Assembly: GCA_049968235.1 (NCBI GenBank) | Contig: JBMFRC010000007.1 | Span: forward strand, 98,153 to 162,152 | Origin: Candidatus Hydrogenedens sp. | GTDB taxonomy: Bacteria; Hydrogenedentota; Hydrogenedentia; Hydrogenedentales; Hydrogenedentaceae | Length of the DNA stretch: 64,000 nucleotides | Direction: 5' to 3' | Notes under the pieces: generated by a model | Told to the model about the DNA's origin: nothing | The model's database searches: none | Seen by the model: only the letters and a program-made list of their open reading frames with translations | Translations under genes and position numbers: made by a program | Shown here: positions 21,117-31,668 of the stretch, in pieces | How the letters are laid out: each line of letters begins with the position of its first letter | Position numbering within the stretch: position 1 is the stretch's first letter

Positions 21117-22473
21117 AGCCTTGTTTAACAAAAGAATACAAATCATCGCCATAGATTTTGGTTCAAATAATATACGCGTTCTCATCGGAGAACAAACAAA
21201 AGATGGCAACATCTCCATTATTGGACATGGAACAGCCCCTTCCTCAGGCGCTATATCCAGGGGGCTAATACAAGAAATGGACTCCGCACGTCATGCCCTT
21301 CACGAAGCATTATCTATGGCTCAACAAAAAACTTACTCCATTTCGCCCAAATTAATTGCTATCGGCATTAATACGCCCCGTGCTGAAACATACACAAAAG
21401 AAGGCACTCTGGACCTGAAAAATGAAGAAATTTCTTTTGAACACCTCCAAAAGGTATTTACCATTGCTCAACAACAAGTTCCCAAATCTGATAAAGACCT
21501 ATTAAACTCTCTTTACTCCTTCGAATGGTATATTGACAATTTTTTAGTGAAATATCCCTTAGGAATGAAAGCAGAACAACTTAAAATTCGTGTCCACTTT
21601 ACCATTATCCCCAAAGTCATCATTGAGAACTTAAAATCTTGCGCAGACAGTGAATTACATCCTTCCTATTCCGTCATGGAATATTTCGTATATAATCCCA
21701 TTGCAACTGCTATAGGTTCATTAACTCCCGAAGAAATGGAGTTAGGAACTTTACTGATAGATATCGGAAAAACTACAACAAACCTCACCCTGTTTTCAGG
21801 ACATAAACTCATATATGCATCTACTTTCGATTTCGGAACCATATTCATATCGAGAGATGTTTCTTCTGTATTTAAAATAGACTTCGAGGAAGCACACAAA
21901 CTCATCTGCGATTACGGGATTTCCGAAGAACTGATTAACAAATATATAAAATCAAATCTACCTATTGGGAACATTCCCCTCTCCCCTTCTTTAATCTCAA
22001 ATGAACTAAGGGGAAAACCCATCTCCCTTCAAACTGTTTTAGATGGTTTTAATAAAAATGTATCCAAAATCGAACTGGAAGGCGTTATTTTCGCCCGTGT
22101 TCAAGAAATGATTACAACCTTAAAAAAAGAAATTGAAAAAAAAGATTTGACACAATCTTTACTTCGGGGTATTGTTCTCGCAGGGGGTGGTGCTAATTTG
22201 CAAAATATGAATATCCTCATAGAAAAAATATTTAACACACCTGTGCGAATAGCAAAACCTCAATATGCCATCCCTAATATACCTCAATCTATTAATAACC
22301 CGGAATTTGCCACTGTTGTAGGAATACTTCGCGATGGGTTTTCTTATTACCACGCAAACAAAAAAAGACAGGTATTCCAGAATAAAAAAATCATTAGTCA
22401 ACTATGGATTACTTTAATTTCACCCTTCAAAAAACAAAAAGGGGCTAAAACGACTTCTACAAAATCGAATTAG
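21100..22473 (+). CDS. FtsA-like actin-family ATPase (SHS2/ASKHA fold)
   Basis: 457 aa. N-terminal IIAIDFGSNNIRVLIGEQTKDGNISIIGHGTAPSSGAISRGLIQEMDSARHALHEAL follows the FtsA phosphate-1 and SHS2 pattern. The C-terminal GIVLAGGGANL is the adenosine motif. Overlaps the coiled-coil gene by 17 nt. Confidence 0.6.
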   Translation: MTGRYKALFNKRIQIIAIDFGSNNIRVLIGEQTKDGNISIIGHGTAPSSGAISRGLIQEMDSARHALHEALSMAQQKTYSISPKLIAIGINTPRAETYTKEGTLDLKNEEISFEHLQKVFTIAQQQVPKSDKDLLNSLYSFEWYIDNFLVKYPLGMKAEQLKIRVHFTIIPKVIIENLKSCADSELHPSYSVMEYFVYNPIATAIGSLTPEEMELGTLLIDIGKTTTNLTLFSGHKLIYASTFDFGTIFISRDVSSVFKIDFEEAHKLICDYGISEELINKYIKSNLPIGNIPLSPSLISNELRGKPISLQTVLDGFNKNVSKIELEGVIFARVQEMITTLKKEIEKKDLTQSLLRGIVLAGGGANLQNMNILIEKIFNTPVRIAKPQYAIPNIPQSINNPEFATVVGILRDGFSYYHANKKRQVFQNKKIISQLWITLISPFKKQKGAKTTSTKSN

Positions 22474-22625
22474 CCCTACGGGGAACAGAAGAAAAAGGAA
22501 TTTAAAAATAAGACTTACATTCTCTTTTTTAAGTTTCATCCATTGGATAAAAAACTTAATAAAGATTTAAAATAACTACAATTTTTTATTTATCTTTTTC
22601 GCTGTAAATATCACAGGAGCAAAAA

Positions 22626-24068
22626 ATGACAAAAAAAACTATTGAACCTCGTTTACTCAAAGGTTTTCAAGACCACCTACCACCAAAAAGTAAAATTCGA
22701 CAGGAGATAAAAGAAAAAATTATTTCCGTCTATGAAAAATATGGTTTTGCATTCATCGAAACACCCGCAATTGAATTGAAAGAAATCTTACTCGGTCCCG
22801 GAGGAGAAAATATCAATAAAGAAATTTTCTTCTTAGAAACACCCGAAGGGGAACAATCCTGTCTTCGATTTGACCATACAGTTCCCTTTGCCCGCGTCAT
22901 TGCCCAATATCCTGAAAAAATAAAAATCCCTTTCCGTAGATACACCATTGGGTCTGTATGGCGTGCCGATAAACCCGGTGTGGGGAGATACCGTGAATTC
23001 GTCCAGATGGATATTGATATTGCCGGAACACCTAACACCGCTGCTGATGCAGAAATCATTGCCATCATGGTAGAAGTTATGAAAATCCTCGGATTTAATA
23101 ATTTTCAATCACAAATCAACAATAGAAAATTAATTGACGCTCTATTAATACAAAATGGTATTAAAGATATAGATACACAAAAACACATCCTGCGAGTTAT
23201 TGATAAACTGCAAAAAATAGGTATCGATAATATTCGTAAAGAACTCGGAGAAGGTCGTATAGATGATTCCGGTGACCCTATCAAAGGCGTCGGATTACCG
23301 AATAGTATTATTGAAAAAATTATTAGTTTCATAACTATAACCGGCAAAACACGCAAAGAAACTATTCAGAATATCAAACAATACTTATCAGACCAAACAG
23401 AATCTCAACAGGCAATCTTTACTATGGAAGAACTTGACCAATATCTATCCGCTCTTGATATATCTGATACGGAAGCATCCTTTTCCACTTCACTTACCCG
23501 AGGACTGGACTACTATTCCGGACCTGTTTTTGAAATGATACTCAAAAATGCTCCTCATATCGGCTCGGTTATGGGCGGTGGAAGGTATGACGGACTCATT
23601 TCACGATTTACAGACAAAACTATCCCCTGCACAGGAATGTCAATCGGTATAGATAGACTTATAAATGCTATGGAAGAATTAAAACTAATAGATACACAAA
23701 AACCAATATATGATGTCATTATTACTCGAGTAGGAAAAGTTCCTATAACGGAAGCACTTTCTATAGCAAAAGAATTGCGCAATCACGATTTAAAGGTCAG
23801 CGTCTATCTCGGGAAAAAAACAAAAGAAACTTTAGGCGAACAATTATCACATGCAGACCACTACAACATACCCATTGCTGTTATATTGGGTGAAGATGAA
23901 CTCAAAAAAGGGGAAATCTGTGTAAAAGATTTATACTATGGAGAAAAAGCTCGTAAGGATATAAAAGATAGAAATCAATACCGTGAAGCAGGAACAGTAA
24001 GTCAGGTTACTATCTCACGGGAAAAATTGGTAGAAACAATCTTTTCATTTCTCAATAAAAATTATTGA
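22626..24068 (+). CDS. hisS: Histidine--tRNA ligase
   Basis: 480 aa. Class II aaRS motifs 1-3 (FAFIETPAIE, FRRYTIGSVWRADKPGVGRYREFVQMDIDI, GGGRYDGL) and a C-terminal anticodon-binding domain. Confidence 0.9.
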   Translation: MTKKTIEPRLLKGFQDHLPPKSKIRQEIKEKIISVYEKYGFAFIETPAIELKEILLGPGGENINKEIFFLETPEGEQSCLRFDHTVPFARVIAQYPEKIKIPFRRYTIGSVWRADKPGVGRYREFVQMDIDIAGTPNTAADAEIIAIMVEVMKILGFNNFQSQINNRKLIDALLIQNGIKDIDTQKHILRVIDKLQKIGIDNIRKELGEGRIDDSGDPIKGVGLPNSIIEKIISFITITGKTRKETIQNIKQYLSDQTESQQAIFTMEELDQYLSALDISDTEASFSTSLTRGLDYYSGPVFEMILKNAPHIGSVMGGGRYDGLISRFTDKTIPCTGMSIGIDRLINAMEELKLIDTQKPIYDVIITRVGKVPITEALSIAKELRNHDLKVSVYLGKKTKETLGEQLSHADHYNIPIAVILGEDELKKGEICVKDLYYGEKARKDIKDRNQYREAGTVSQVTISREKLVETIFSFLNKNY

Positions 24069-24535
24069 GGGTCACCAATTACAGGGTCATTATTTGATGG
24101 TAATTGACTCTCATTGTAGCGAATAATTCCTGTATGGTCTATACGGAAATACCTATTCCCCGAATAACCTATTGTCTGAGGTGAAGCATAACATATAAAC
24201 TGGACATTTGTTACTTGTGGCATAGAATATACATACCCCTGACGGATACAGCCTTCACCCCATGATTCATCCAAATACCGCGTCGTCAGATTGGGAGATG
24301 AATTTACAAGGCTGTTAAAATCACCATAAGTATTATTTGCAGAATGATATGACACCTGTGCAGTACAAATAGCCCTTAAATTCCAGATAGTAGATGCCTC
24401 ATTAGAATGAATTCGTGAACGTATTAATGTCGGAATAGTTATCGCAGATATTATTGCGATTACTGCTACTACTACCATCATCTCTATAAGTGTAAACCCT
24501 TTTTGCCTTGTTCTCCACTGACGCCATTTATTCAT
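24062..24535 (-). CDS. Prepilin-type N-terminal cleavage/methylation domain protein (minor type IV pilin / pseudopilin-like)
   Basis: 157 aa. QKGFTLIEMMVVVAVIAIISAITIP class III leader. Converges on hisS with a 7-bp overlap. Confidence 0.75.
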   Translation of the reverse strand: MNKWRQWRTRQKGFTLIEMMVVVAVIAIISAITIPTLIRSRIHSNEASTIWNLRAICTAQVSYHSANNTYGDFNSLVNSSPNLTTRYLDESWGEGCIRQGYVYSMPQVTNVQFICYASPQTIGYSGNRYFRIDHTGIIRYNESQLPSNNDPVIGDPQ

Positions 24536-24549
24536 CGTTCACATCCTTT

Positions 24550-24609
24550 GTTATTTTAGAATGTAAAACAAAAAGGCATGATGGCGGTCACCGGGTTCCG
24601 CCATCATGC
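24550..24609 (-). terminator. Rho-independent terminator between the two pilin genes
   Basis: Perfect 12-bp inverted repeat gcatgatggcgg / ccgccatcatgc (24576-24587 and 24598-24609) with a 10-nt loop. On the minus-strand transcript it is followed by CUUUUUGUUUUACAUUC. No U-tract on the plus strand, so it is unidirectional. Confidence 0.7.
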
Positions 24610-24660
24610 ACTCAGCACCAACACAACCCACTGATTAGCGGGTTAATGGCTAAACTACGA

Positions 24661-25092
24661 TTATTGTTCTCCGATGGGCGGGTCACCAGCGCCAGCCTGT
24701 CCACCTGTATTGAAGCGGATTACACCACTGGCATCTGTGTAGAAATAACGATTACCACTTACACCAACTTCACTCGGGTCTGCATTGCAGGTAAAGTTAT
24801 TTGGTCCCGGAGAAGCCAGAGTAAATGTATAACCTTGCTTAATACCAGCCCAGTTTCCTTCTAAGAATGGAGGGGTTGCCCCTGTTAGGTCTGCAAAATC
24901 ACCCGTATAAGAACCATTTGCAGAGTTATAGGCAACTTCAGCACCAACAATGGCTTTTAAGTTGCTGATTGCAGCAGATTCATTGGACTGCAATCTGGAA
25001 CGAAGCAGGTTGGGAATCGCAATTGCTGCGATAATAGCGATGATTGCTACCACAATCATCAATTCAATGAGTGTGAAACCTTTATTTTTCAT
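24661..25092 (-). CDS. Type IV pilin (PilA-like major pilin)
   Basis: 143 aa. [32 protein letters not shown]. Noticeably higher GC and biased codons than its neighbours, consistent with high expression. Confidence 0.8.
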   Translation of the reverse strand: MKNKGFTLIELMIVVAIIAIIAAIAIPNLLRSRLQSNESAAISNLKAIVGAEVAYNSANGSYTGDFADLTGATPPFLEGNWAGIKQGYTFTLASPGPNNFTCNADPSEVGVSGNRYFYTDASGVIRFNTGGQAGAGDPPIGEQ

Positions 25093-25367
25093 ACTACATC
25101 TCCTTGTTAGGTTTTTAGTTTAGTTAAACTCCTACCTTGACACCCGGTTATCAAGGCACTTTATTAAATTGTTGTTGATTTATTTATAACAAATATCATG
25201 CCAATATAATTAAAAAAGAAAAATCACAACAAAATATTCATAAGTATCTATACATCAAATATATATTAAGAATATAACAGTTGTTATCATTTTTCTTATG
25301 AGAAGATATAAATAAATTAGTGACAAAAATTGTCATTTGAAGACAAAATTGGTCTATTTTTATTATC

Positions 25368-26861
25368 TTATTTCCCTCGCCAAAAAGAAGGAAAAAACAA
25401 AACCAGTATTGAATATATCTCTAATCGCCCCATCAGCATCAACATACATAACACCCCTTTACCTAAAATTGGAATCGTAGAAAAATCTTCGACACCCCCA
25501 ACATATTCTAACCCTGGACCACAACCATTTAATGCTGCAGCAACAGAAGATATTGAAGTTACTATCGGTAACCCAATCCAACATAAAATAAGACTACCTA
25601 TAATAAAAACCGTTACATACAAAGCAAAATAACTCAATACAGATTTTTGAACGACATCATCTATTGCCTGCTCTCCCAAATGAATCGCCCTTATTACTCG
25701 TGGTTGAAAAATAAATTGTATCCTATTTATTAAAAACTTAAATAAAATAACTACACGAATTATTTTTAATCCTCCGGATGTTGACCCGGCGGAACCACCC
25801 ATTATCATTAATATCACGAGAGACCATCTTGCGAAATGAGGCCATAAGTCATAATCTTCCGTAACAAAACCCGTATCTGTCATTAGGGAAGTAACTGTAA
25901 AAGCCACACTCCTAAGGGCTTTTCCAAAAGAGTACTGCACAAATTCACTTTTGTCCAAAGAGAAAGTCCCATGATACCCCATTACACAAATAGTTAAAAA
26001 TACAATAGAGAAAAACCAGATAGATATATAAGCCCGCCATTCTATATTTTGGAAGAAAGCCCGAACATTCCTCTGATAAAGAAGAAAGAACAATCCAAAG
26101 TTTGTTCCTGCACAAAGCATAAAAACGATAGTGATTATTTCTATGGGTAAACTACGGTAGGCACCAATACTCATCTGCCGTGTCGAAAATCCTCCACTGG
26201 CTAATGTTGCAAAGGCATGACATATTGCATCAAAAAAACTCATTCCAAATAGCATTAAAAGAATACATTGAATAGCTGTTAATGATATATATACCATCAA
26301 CAACTGTTTCAAAGTCTCCTTTACCCGGGGTCTAATAAATTTCACATCAGGCGCAAACGATTCTGATTTCAGAAGCAAACGACCTCCTGCACCTAAGTAA
26401 GGAAGCACCGCAATAAACATAACCACAATTCCCATACCACCTAAAAAATGCGTAAATGCTCGCCAAAAAAGCAATGTTTTCGGAAAGGCCTCTATATCTC
26501 TCACTACTGTCGAACCTGTTGTCGTAAATCCGGATACAGACTCAAAAATAGCATCCATTAAAGAAAGATGCCCAGACAAATAAAATGGGAAAGAGCCAAA
26601 AAAAGTAATCAATACCCATCCCAATCCCACAAGGGCTAATGATTCTTTAATTAAAAAACTATCCTCCTCCACTTTACTCCTTTGAAAAGTAGATACAATT
26701 CCTAACACACCGGTTAATATTACATACATAAAAGATTCTAAAATAGAAGGAATGATACTTGTTTCATGATAGGCTATAGCAGGCACCAACAATAATAAAA
26801 ATATAAGGGCATACCCAATTAAAAGCCTTCCCAAATAATTAATCAATTGAAAATAATTCAT
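25368..26861 (-). CDS. trkH: TrkH/KtrB-family potassium uptake membrane protein
   Basis: 497 aa polytopic membrane protein with repeated selectivity-filter-like glycine segments (TTGSTV, ASGGFST, DTGFVT, TSGGLK). Confidence 0.85.
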   Translation of the reverse strand: MNYFQLINYLGRLLIGYALIFLLLLVPAIAYHETSIIPSILESFMYVILTGVLGIVSTFQRSKVEEDSFLIKESLALVGLGWVLITFFGSFPFYLSGHLSLMDAIFESVSGFTTTGSTVVRDIEAFPKTLLFWRAFTHFLGGMGIVVMFIAVLPYLGAGGRLLLKSESFAPDVKFIRPRVKETLKQLLMVYISLTAIQCILLMLFGMSFFDAICHAFATLASGGFSTRQMSIGAYRSLPIEIITIVFMLCAGTNFGLFFLLYQRNVRAFFQNIEWRAYISIWFFSIVFLTICVMGYHGTFSLDKSEFVQYSFGKALRSVAFTVTSLMTDTGFVTEDYDLWPHFARWSLVILMIMGGSAGSTSGGLKIIRVVILFKFLINRIQFIFQPRVIRAIHLGEQAIDDVVQKSVLSYFALYVTVFIIGSLILCWIGLPIVTSISSVAAALNGCGPGLEYVGGVEDFSTIPILGKGVLCMLMLMGRLEIYSILVLFFPSFWRGK

Positions 26862-26915
26862 TGTGAATTACCATTTTTACACAATTTTTCAATTCCCTAT
26901 TAAACAAGGTATTTA

Positions 26916-28247
26916 TTATTTAAATAATTTACTTACATCATTAAATTTGTCAGCTTTCGTTACAATGACGACCCGGTCACCTTCTTCCATGGCATCTTCG
27001 CCTTTTGGAATTATTGCTTGTTCTTCACGAATTATCCCTGCTACAACAAAACTAATTTCAAATCGTATATCTTTAAGTGCACGATTAAGAAACTTAAAAG
27101 ACTTTTTAATCTCATATTCCGCTATTTCAATGCCTCGAATGTTCAACAGATGTTTTACTGTATTTTGATATACGATTCGTAATACCTTATTAACAAAACT
27201 ATAATACGGAATTACCGAATAATCAATTCCAAAACGGTCTACTAATTCACCAAACTGTTTATTATATATAACACTTACTACATAAGGAATACCTATATCC
27301 TTTGCTAAGGAAGCTGCAACAACATTACGCTCATCATCATGGGTTGGTGCAATAAACACATCAAAATCTTTAACCGCCATTAATTGAGAACGATTGCTTA
27401 ATGGGTCATCATTTACAATATCTACTTTATATTTTGAAAGTATTTGCGATAATTCCTCTGCCCTCTCTTTGTCCTTTTCAAATAATTTAATCACAGAAAC
27501 TTTATCTTTTAATGCCCGAATAATCTGAACACTTATAGGTGTCCCACCTAAAATAATAACTCTTTTCTTCTTATCCCAATCCCCTGTAAATATTTTTACC
27601 GCACGAGCCATACCGTCGCGTCTTCCAAAAATTCCTAAAATATCTCCGCACTTTATCCGCGTTTCACCCGTAGGCACATCCACCTGCTTCCCTGATTTTA
27701 TATAGCCAATAACTACCTTTTCTTTAATTACATCCATCACCTCTTTCAAGGTCTTTCCATTCTCCTTAAATTGGTTCCAGACCCTTAATTCATAAAATTG
27801 GATACGGTCATTTCCATATTCTTCAGAAACCAACAAGCCTGGCGACTCAGAAAAACTCGCAATATCCGTTGCAGTCAACTGCTCCGGTGATAAAAAATAA
27901 TCAATTCCCAGAATACTCTCATATAAAAAGGCATTATTAATATAAACCATATCTGAAACCAGAGCAGATACACTCTCTGCCCCTAAATTCTTTGCACAAC
28001 TACTCGCAATTATATTTGCTCTATCATCCCCCAAAGTTGCAATGAAAAGGTCACATCCACCACTCATTACCTCCTGTAATAGTGAAGGGTCCTGGGCATC
28101 GCCCAGCCGAATACCAACATCTACCTTTCCTGTTAAATCGTCAAGTACCGATTTATCGTAATCCAATACTGTTACATCATTATCTTTGTAAAGCATCTCC
28201 GCTAACAGCGAACCTGCTCTACCTGCACCTGCAATCACAATTTTCAT
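26916..28247 (-). CDS. trkA: Trk potassium uptake system NAD-binding subunit TrkA (two RCK domains)
   Basis: 443 aa. MKIVIAGAGRAGSLLAEML Rossmann motif at the N-terminus and a second ILGGTPISVQIIRAL Rossmann motif mid-protein. Directly upstream of trkH. Confidence 0.85.
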   Translation of the reverse strand: MKIVIAGAGRAGSLLAEMLYKDNDVTVLDYDKSVLDDLTGKVDVGIRLGDAQDPSLLQEVMSGGCDLFIATLGDDRANIIASSCAKNLGAESVSALVSDMVYINNAFLYESILGIDYFLSPEQLTATDIASFSESPGLLVSEEYGNDRIQFYELRVWNQFKENGKTLKEVMDVIKEKVVIGYIKSGKQVDVPTGETRIKCGDILGIFGRRDGMARAVKIFTGDWDKKKRVIILGGTPISVQIIRALKDKVSVIKLFEKDKERAEELSQILSKYKVDIVNDDPLSNRSQLMAVKDFDVFIAPTHDDERNVVAASLAKDIGIPYVVSVIYNKQFGELVDRFGIDYSVIPYYSFVNKVLRIVYQNTVKHLLNIRGIEIAEYEIKKSFKFLNRALKDIRFEISFVVAGIIREEQAIIPKGEDAMEEGDRVVIVTKADKFNDVSKLFK

Positions 28248-28388
28248 ACCTTTTATTCCAATATATAAATATTCCTTTTCAATATTCCCTTACGCCTTAC
28301 CTCTATCGCTCATTACTTATTTTACCTACTTATTATTGGAAGTGATATTATATCACAATGCAAACCATGAAATAAAAAAGGAAAGAAC

Positions 28389-30317
28389 ATGAAAAACATA
28401 TTATCACAAAAAAGCAAACAAACTTTCTTGCTTCTGCTTATCTCCATTGTATTACTATCCATCTCAGGATTCCCGCAAGAAGAGCATAAAACGGTTCTGG
28501 GATTAAATGTGGATTTCAACAAAATTCTTATAAACACCTCTCACGATAGACTCATCAAAGAAAGGTTTTCAATAGATAAAGGATTATTGGCTCAAACAGA
28601 AGAGGGGAAGGCAGCTCTCCAATGGGCAAAGGAACTCCTTCAGGAGCAAACAACAATTCCGCCAACACCCTATACCCTCTACAGAGAGTATAAAAGAACA
28701 GGAGACCGAAAAAAATATGAACAACCTTATTTCCTGAAACGGTCTATGCTTTCCGCAACTACTTTACTTATTTATTTTGAAAACGATGATTCTTTACTTC
28801 CCCTTCTTAACGACCTCATCTGGAATATTTGCGAGGAAACTTCCTGGGTCCTTCCTGCTCATGAACGACAAGAAAAATATACCTATGTTGACCTGTTTTC
28901 CGCCGAAACCGCAACTCAATTAGCCCACACATTCCTCTTCTTAGAAGATAAACTTCCTGATGAAATCAAAAAAAGAATTCGCTATGAAGTTAAAAGGAGA
29001 GTTATGCAACCTTACCTTTTTTATTCTGAAAATAAATACGGCTGGGTTAGTGGACGGAATAACTGGACAGGTGTTTGTGCCGGGTCCATCGGTGAATGCT
29101 TTATCATACTGGAAGAAAACGAACAAATTCTCCGTAAAGCCATTACTCTCGTTACAAACCAATTAGCACGGTTCTTGAAAAATGGTTTTGCGGAAGATGG
29201 TGGTTGTCTGGAAGGCATCTCTTACTGGAACTATGGACTTACGCATTATGTCAGTTTTGGCGAACTACTTTATGAAGCAACCGATGGGAATGTGAATATC
29301 ATGCAGAACCCGCGTCTTTACCAGATTGCCTTCTACCCTTATGTCGTTTACTTAGGAAATGGACAATTTGCCAGTTTCTCCGATGCCCCATCGCAATTTT
29401 ATCCTCACGCTTTCATCACACATCGGTTAGCAGATCGTTTCTCCGCTTATGACCGACTTTCTTCTACATCTCATCCTTTCATTTACCATAAATTGGGAAA
29501 ACGACTAAATGTAGATTACCTGCATGCACTCGCTAATCCTTCACCAATACACTGGCATTTTGGAGATATTATCCGCAATATCCTCTGGTCCTACCCTTAT
29601 TCTCAACAGGCTAAACAAGAAATCCCCATTAAAAGCACTTGTTTGCCTAAATCCGGTATTGCAAGATTTGTCTCAAAAGATAATCATGGAAATACACATA
29701 TTGTTATTTGTAAAGCGGGTAGTAATAATGAACCCCACAATCATAACGATGTTGGAAGTTTTGTATATGCTGTCAATAATACTATATTTCTAACAGACCC
29801 CGGTGCTGGTCTTTATTCCCGCGAATATTTCAGTGCTAAACGATATGAAAACATCTTTACGAATTCATACGGGCATAGTCTCCCCGTTATCGGAGGAAAA
29901 CTACAAAGTACCGGAGAACAATACAAAGGAGAACTTATCTATGAAGAACCTAACAAAGCCATTATAAACTTCCATGAGGCATACAACATTCCAACTTTGA
30001 AAAAAGCACAACGAACCCTTTTACTTAACGAAAATGGACTAAAAATTACCGATATCTTTGAATTTTCAAATCAAGGAGAAGAAGTAGAAGAAGCACTCGT
30101 AACATGGCTTCCTGTATCTATACAAGGTAATTGTGCCATCATTGAAAGCAAAGAAGGCAAAATTACAATCACTCCTTCTTGTGGGTCTTTTGAAGTGGAA
30201 TCCCTTAAAAAACAGTGCGAAGAAAACAGCCGTTCTGGCGAACTCTCTCGCATAAGATTAAAACTCCCTACACAAACCAAAACACAGATTACATTTAACA
30301 TAACCTTTTTAAAATAA
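28389..30317 (+). CDS. Secreted heparinase II/III-like polysaccharide lyase family protein
   Basis: 642 aa. Sec signal peptide. C-terminal HNHNDVGSFVYAV matches the HxHxDxGSF motif of the Hepar_II_III family. N-terminal alpha/alpha toroid-like region. Confidence 0.55.
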   Translation: MKNILSQKSKQTFLLLLISIVLLSISGFPQEEHKTVLGLNVDFNKILINTSHDRLIKERFSIDKGLLAQTEEGKAALQWAKELLQEQTTIPPTPYTLYREYKRTGDRKKYEQPYFLKRSMLSATTLLIYFENDDSLLPLLNDLIWNICEETSWVLPAHERQEKYTYVDLFSAETATQLAHTFLFLEDKLPDEIKKRIRYEVKRRVMQPYLFYSENKYGWVSGRNNWTGVCAGSIGECFIILEENEQILRKAITLVTNQLARFLKNGFAEDGGCLEGISYWNYGLTHYVSFGELLYEATDGNVNIMQNPRLYQIAFYPYVVYLGNGQFASFSDAPSQFYPHAFITHRLADRFSAYDRLSSTSHPFIYHKLGKRLNVDYLHALANPSPIHWHFGDIIRNILWSYPYSQQAKQEIPIKSTCLPKSGIARFVSKDNHGNTHIVICKAGSNNEPHNHNDVGSFVYAVNNTIFLTDPGAGLYSREYFSAKRYENIFTNSYGHSLPVIGGKLQSTGEQYKGELIYEEPNKAIINFHEAYNIPTLKKAQRTLLLNENGLKITDIFEFSNQGEEVEEALVTWLPVSIQGNCAIIESKEGKITITPSCGSFEVESLKKQCEENSRSGELSRIRLKLPTQTKTQITFNITFLK

Positions 30318-30479
30318 CAGTTCGTCCCCTCTGACTTGTCTGATTTGTCGGACCTGTTTGACTCGTTTATTTCCACCTAATTCTCACAATTAAATCTCTA
30401 TTTTTACATTTATTTCATTTCACTTGACTTTATTAACCATAACGTTTATAATAAAACTACAAATTACAAGGAGTGACCT

Positions 30480-31169
30480 GTGATTAAGCGAAAAATCATT
30501 TCTATAGACTCCGAAAAATGTAACGGTTGTGGTTTGTGTGTTAACGCCTGTGCGGAAGGTGCTATAAAACTCATTAATGGCAAAGCACAATTAGTTTCCG
30601 ATGTTTACTGCGATGGTTTAGGAGCATGTCTGCCTCATTGCCCCACATTAGCACTCTCCATTGTAGAACGAGAAGCGGAACCTTTTGATGAAGAATTAGT
30701 TAAATTACAGCAAAGCATTAACGAACCTAAAACACCCATACATACATGCCCGAGCATACAATTCAAACCTGACCCTGCCCGAAAAGGAACCCTTTCCTAC
30801 TGGCCTATCCAGATTCGACTCGTTCCCCCTATGGCTCACTACCTTCAAAACGCTAAACTCCTGGTAGTGGCGGATTGTGTTCCCATCGCATATCAAAATT
30901 TCCACAGCGATTTTTTGCAAGACCATGTTGTCCTTGTCGGCTGTCCCAAATTCGACCCGAAAGAACAATATGTTCAAAAATTCGCCGAAATTTTCACAAA
31001 CAATGATATAAAAAACGTTACCATCCCCGTTATGGAAGTTCCATGCTGTCAGGCACTACCCAATATCGTACTTGCAGGCTTGCAATATTCAGGGAAGAAT
31101 ATCCCTGTTGAAAAAATTATAATCTCAATTCAAGGAGAAATATTGGGTAAACAATTCATTAATGGGTAG
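30480..31169 (+). CDS. 4Fe-4S ferredoxin-domain protein (GTG start)
   Basis: 229 aa. CNGCGLCVNACAEGAI is a CxxCxxCxxxC cluster motif, plus a second cysteine group CDGLGACLPHCP. AGGAG RBS 6 nt upstream of GTG. Immediately upstream of nrfH. Confidence 0.6.
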   Translation: MIKRKIISIDSEKCNGCGLCVNACAEGAIKLINGKAQLVSDVYCDGLGACLPHCPTLALSIVEREAEPFDEELVKLQQSINEPKTPIHTCPSIQFKPDPARKGTLSYWPIQIRLVPPMAHYLQNAKLLVVADCVPIAYQNFHSDFLQDHVVLVGCPKFDPKEQYVQKFAEIFTNNDIKNVTIPVMEVPCCQALPNIVLAGLQYSGKNIPVEKIIISIQGEILGKQFING

Positions 31170-31175
31170 AAATTA

Positions 31176-31651
31176 ATGCAACAAAAATCATCTAAAATAT
31201 CCTCAGGTTTTTCTCATTTAATACCTATCTGCGTATGCTTCGGAATTCTCATCGGAGTAGGTTCTTTCACTTTTATTACGCCCGCGGTTATTCATACCTT
31301 ACCGATGACCCCAACGCCTGTGCTAATTGCCATGTAATGAAAGATTTTCTCGACTCCTGGCAAAAATCAAGCCATCACACTGTTGCAGTCTGTAATGACT
31401 GCCATACAGGACATACCTTGTTCTCCAAATACTATGTCAAAGGCTTAAACGGCTATCACCATTCCACCGCATTCACTCTGGGCAATTTCCACGAACCTAT
31501 TCGCATTAAAGAATTCAACCGAAAAGTAACAGAGGGAAACTGCCGATTTTGCCACCAAGACATTGTGCAAAATATTGATTCCAATATTGCTCATCGCAAA
31601 CCATTACAATGCTTAAATTGTCATTTTAATGTAGGTCATTTTAATTATTAA
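31176..31651 (+). pseudogene. nrfH: Cytochrome c nitrite reductase small subunit NrfH (NapC/NirT tetraheme quinol dehydrogenase), apparent -1 frameshift in a T4 run
   Basis: The ATG at 31176 encodes MQQKSSKISSGFSHLIPICVCFGILIGVGSFTF (the TM anchor), then reaches a stop at 31335. The frame of the 31235 ORF encodes YYARGYSYLTDDPNACANCHVM plus three more CxxCH motifs. Inserting one T in tttt (31271-31274) joins them as ...GVGSFTFYYARGYSYL..., matching the NrfH N-terminal architecture. This is either a sequencing error or a real frameshift. Confidence 0.7.
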
Positions 31652-31668
31652 AGGAAAAGAAAAAGAGC

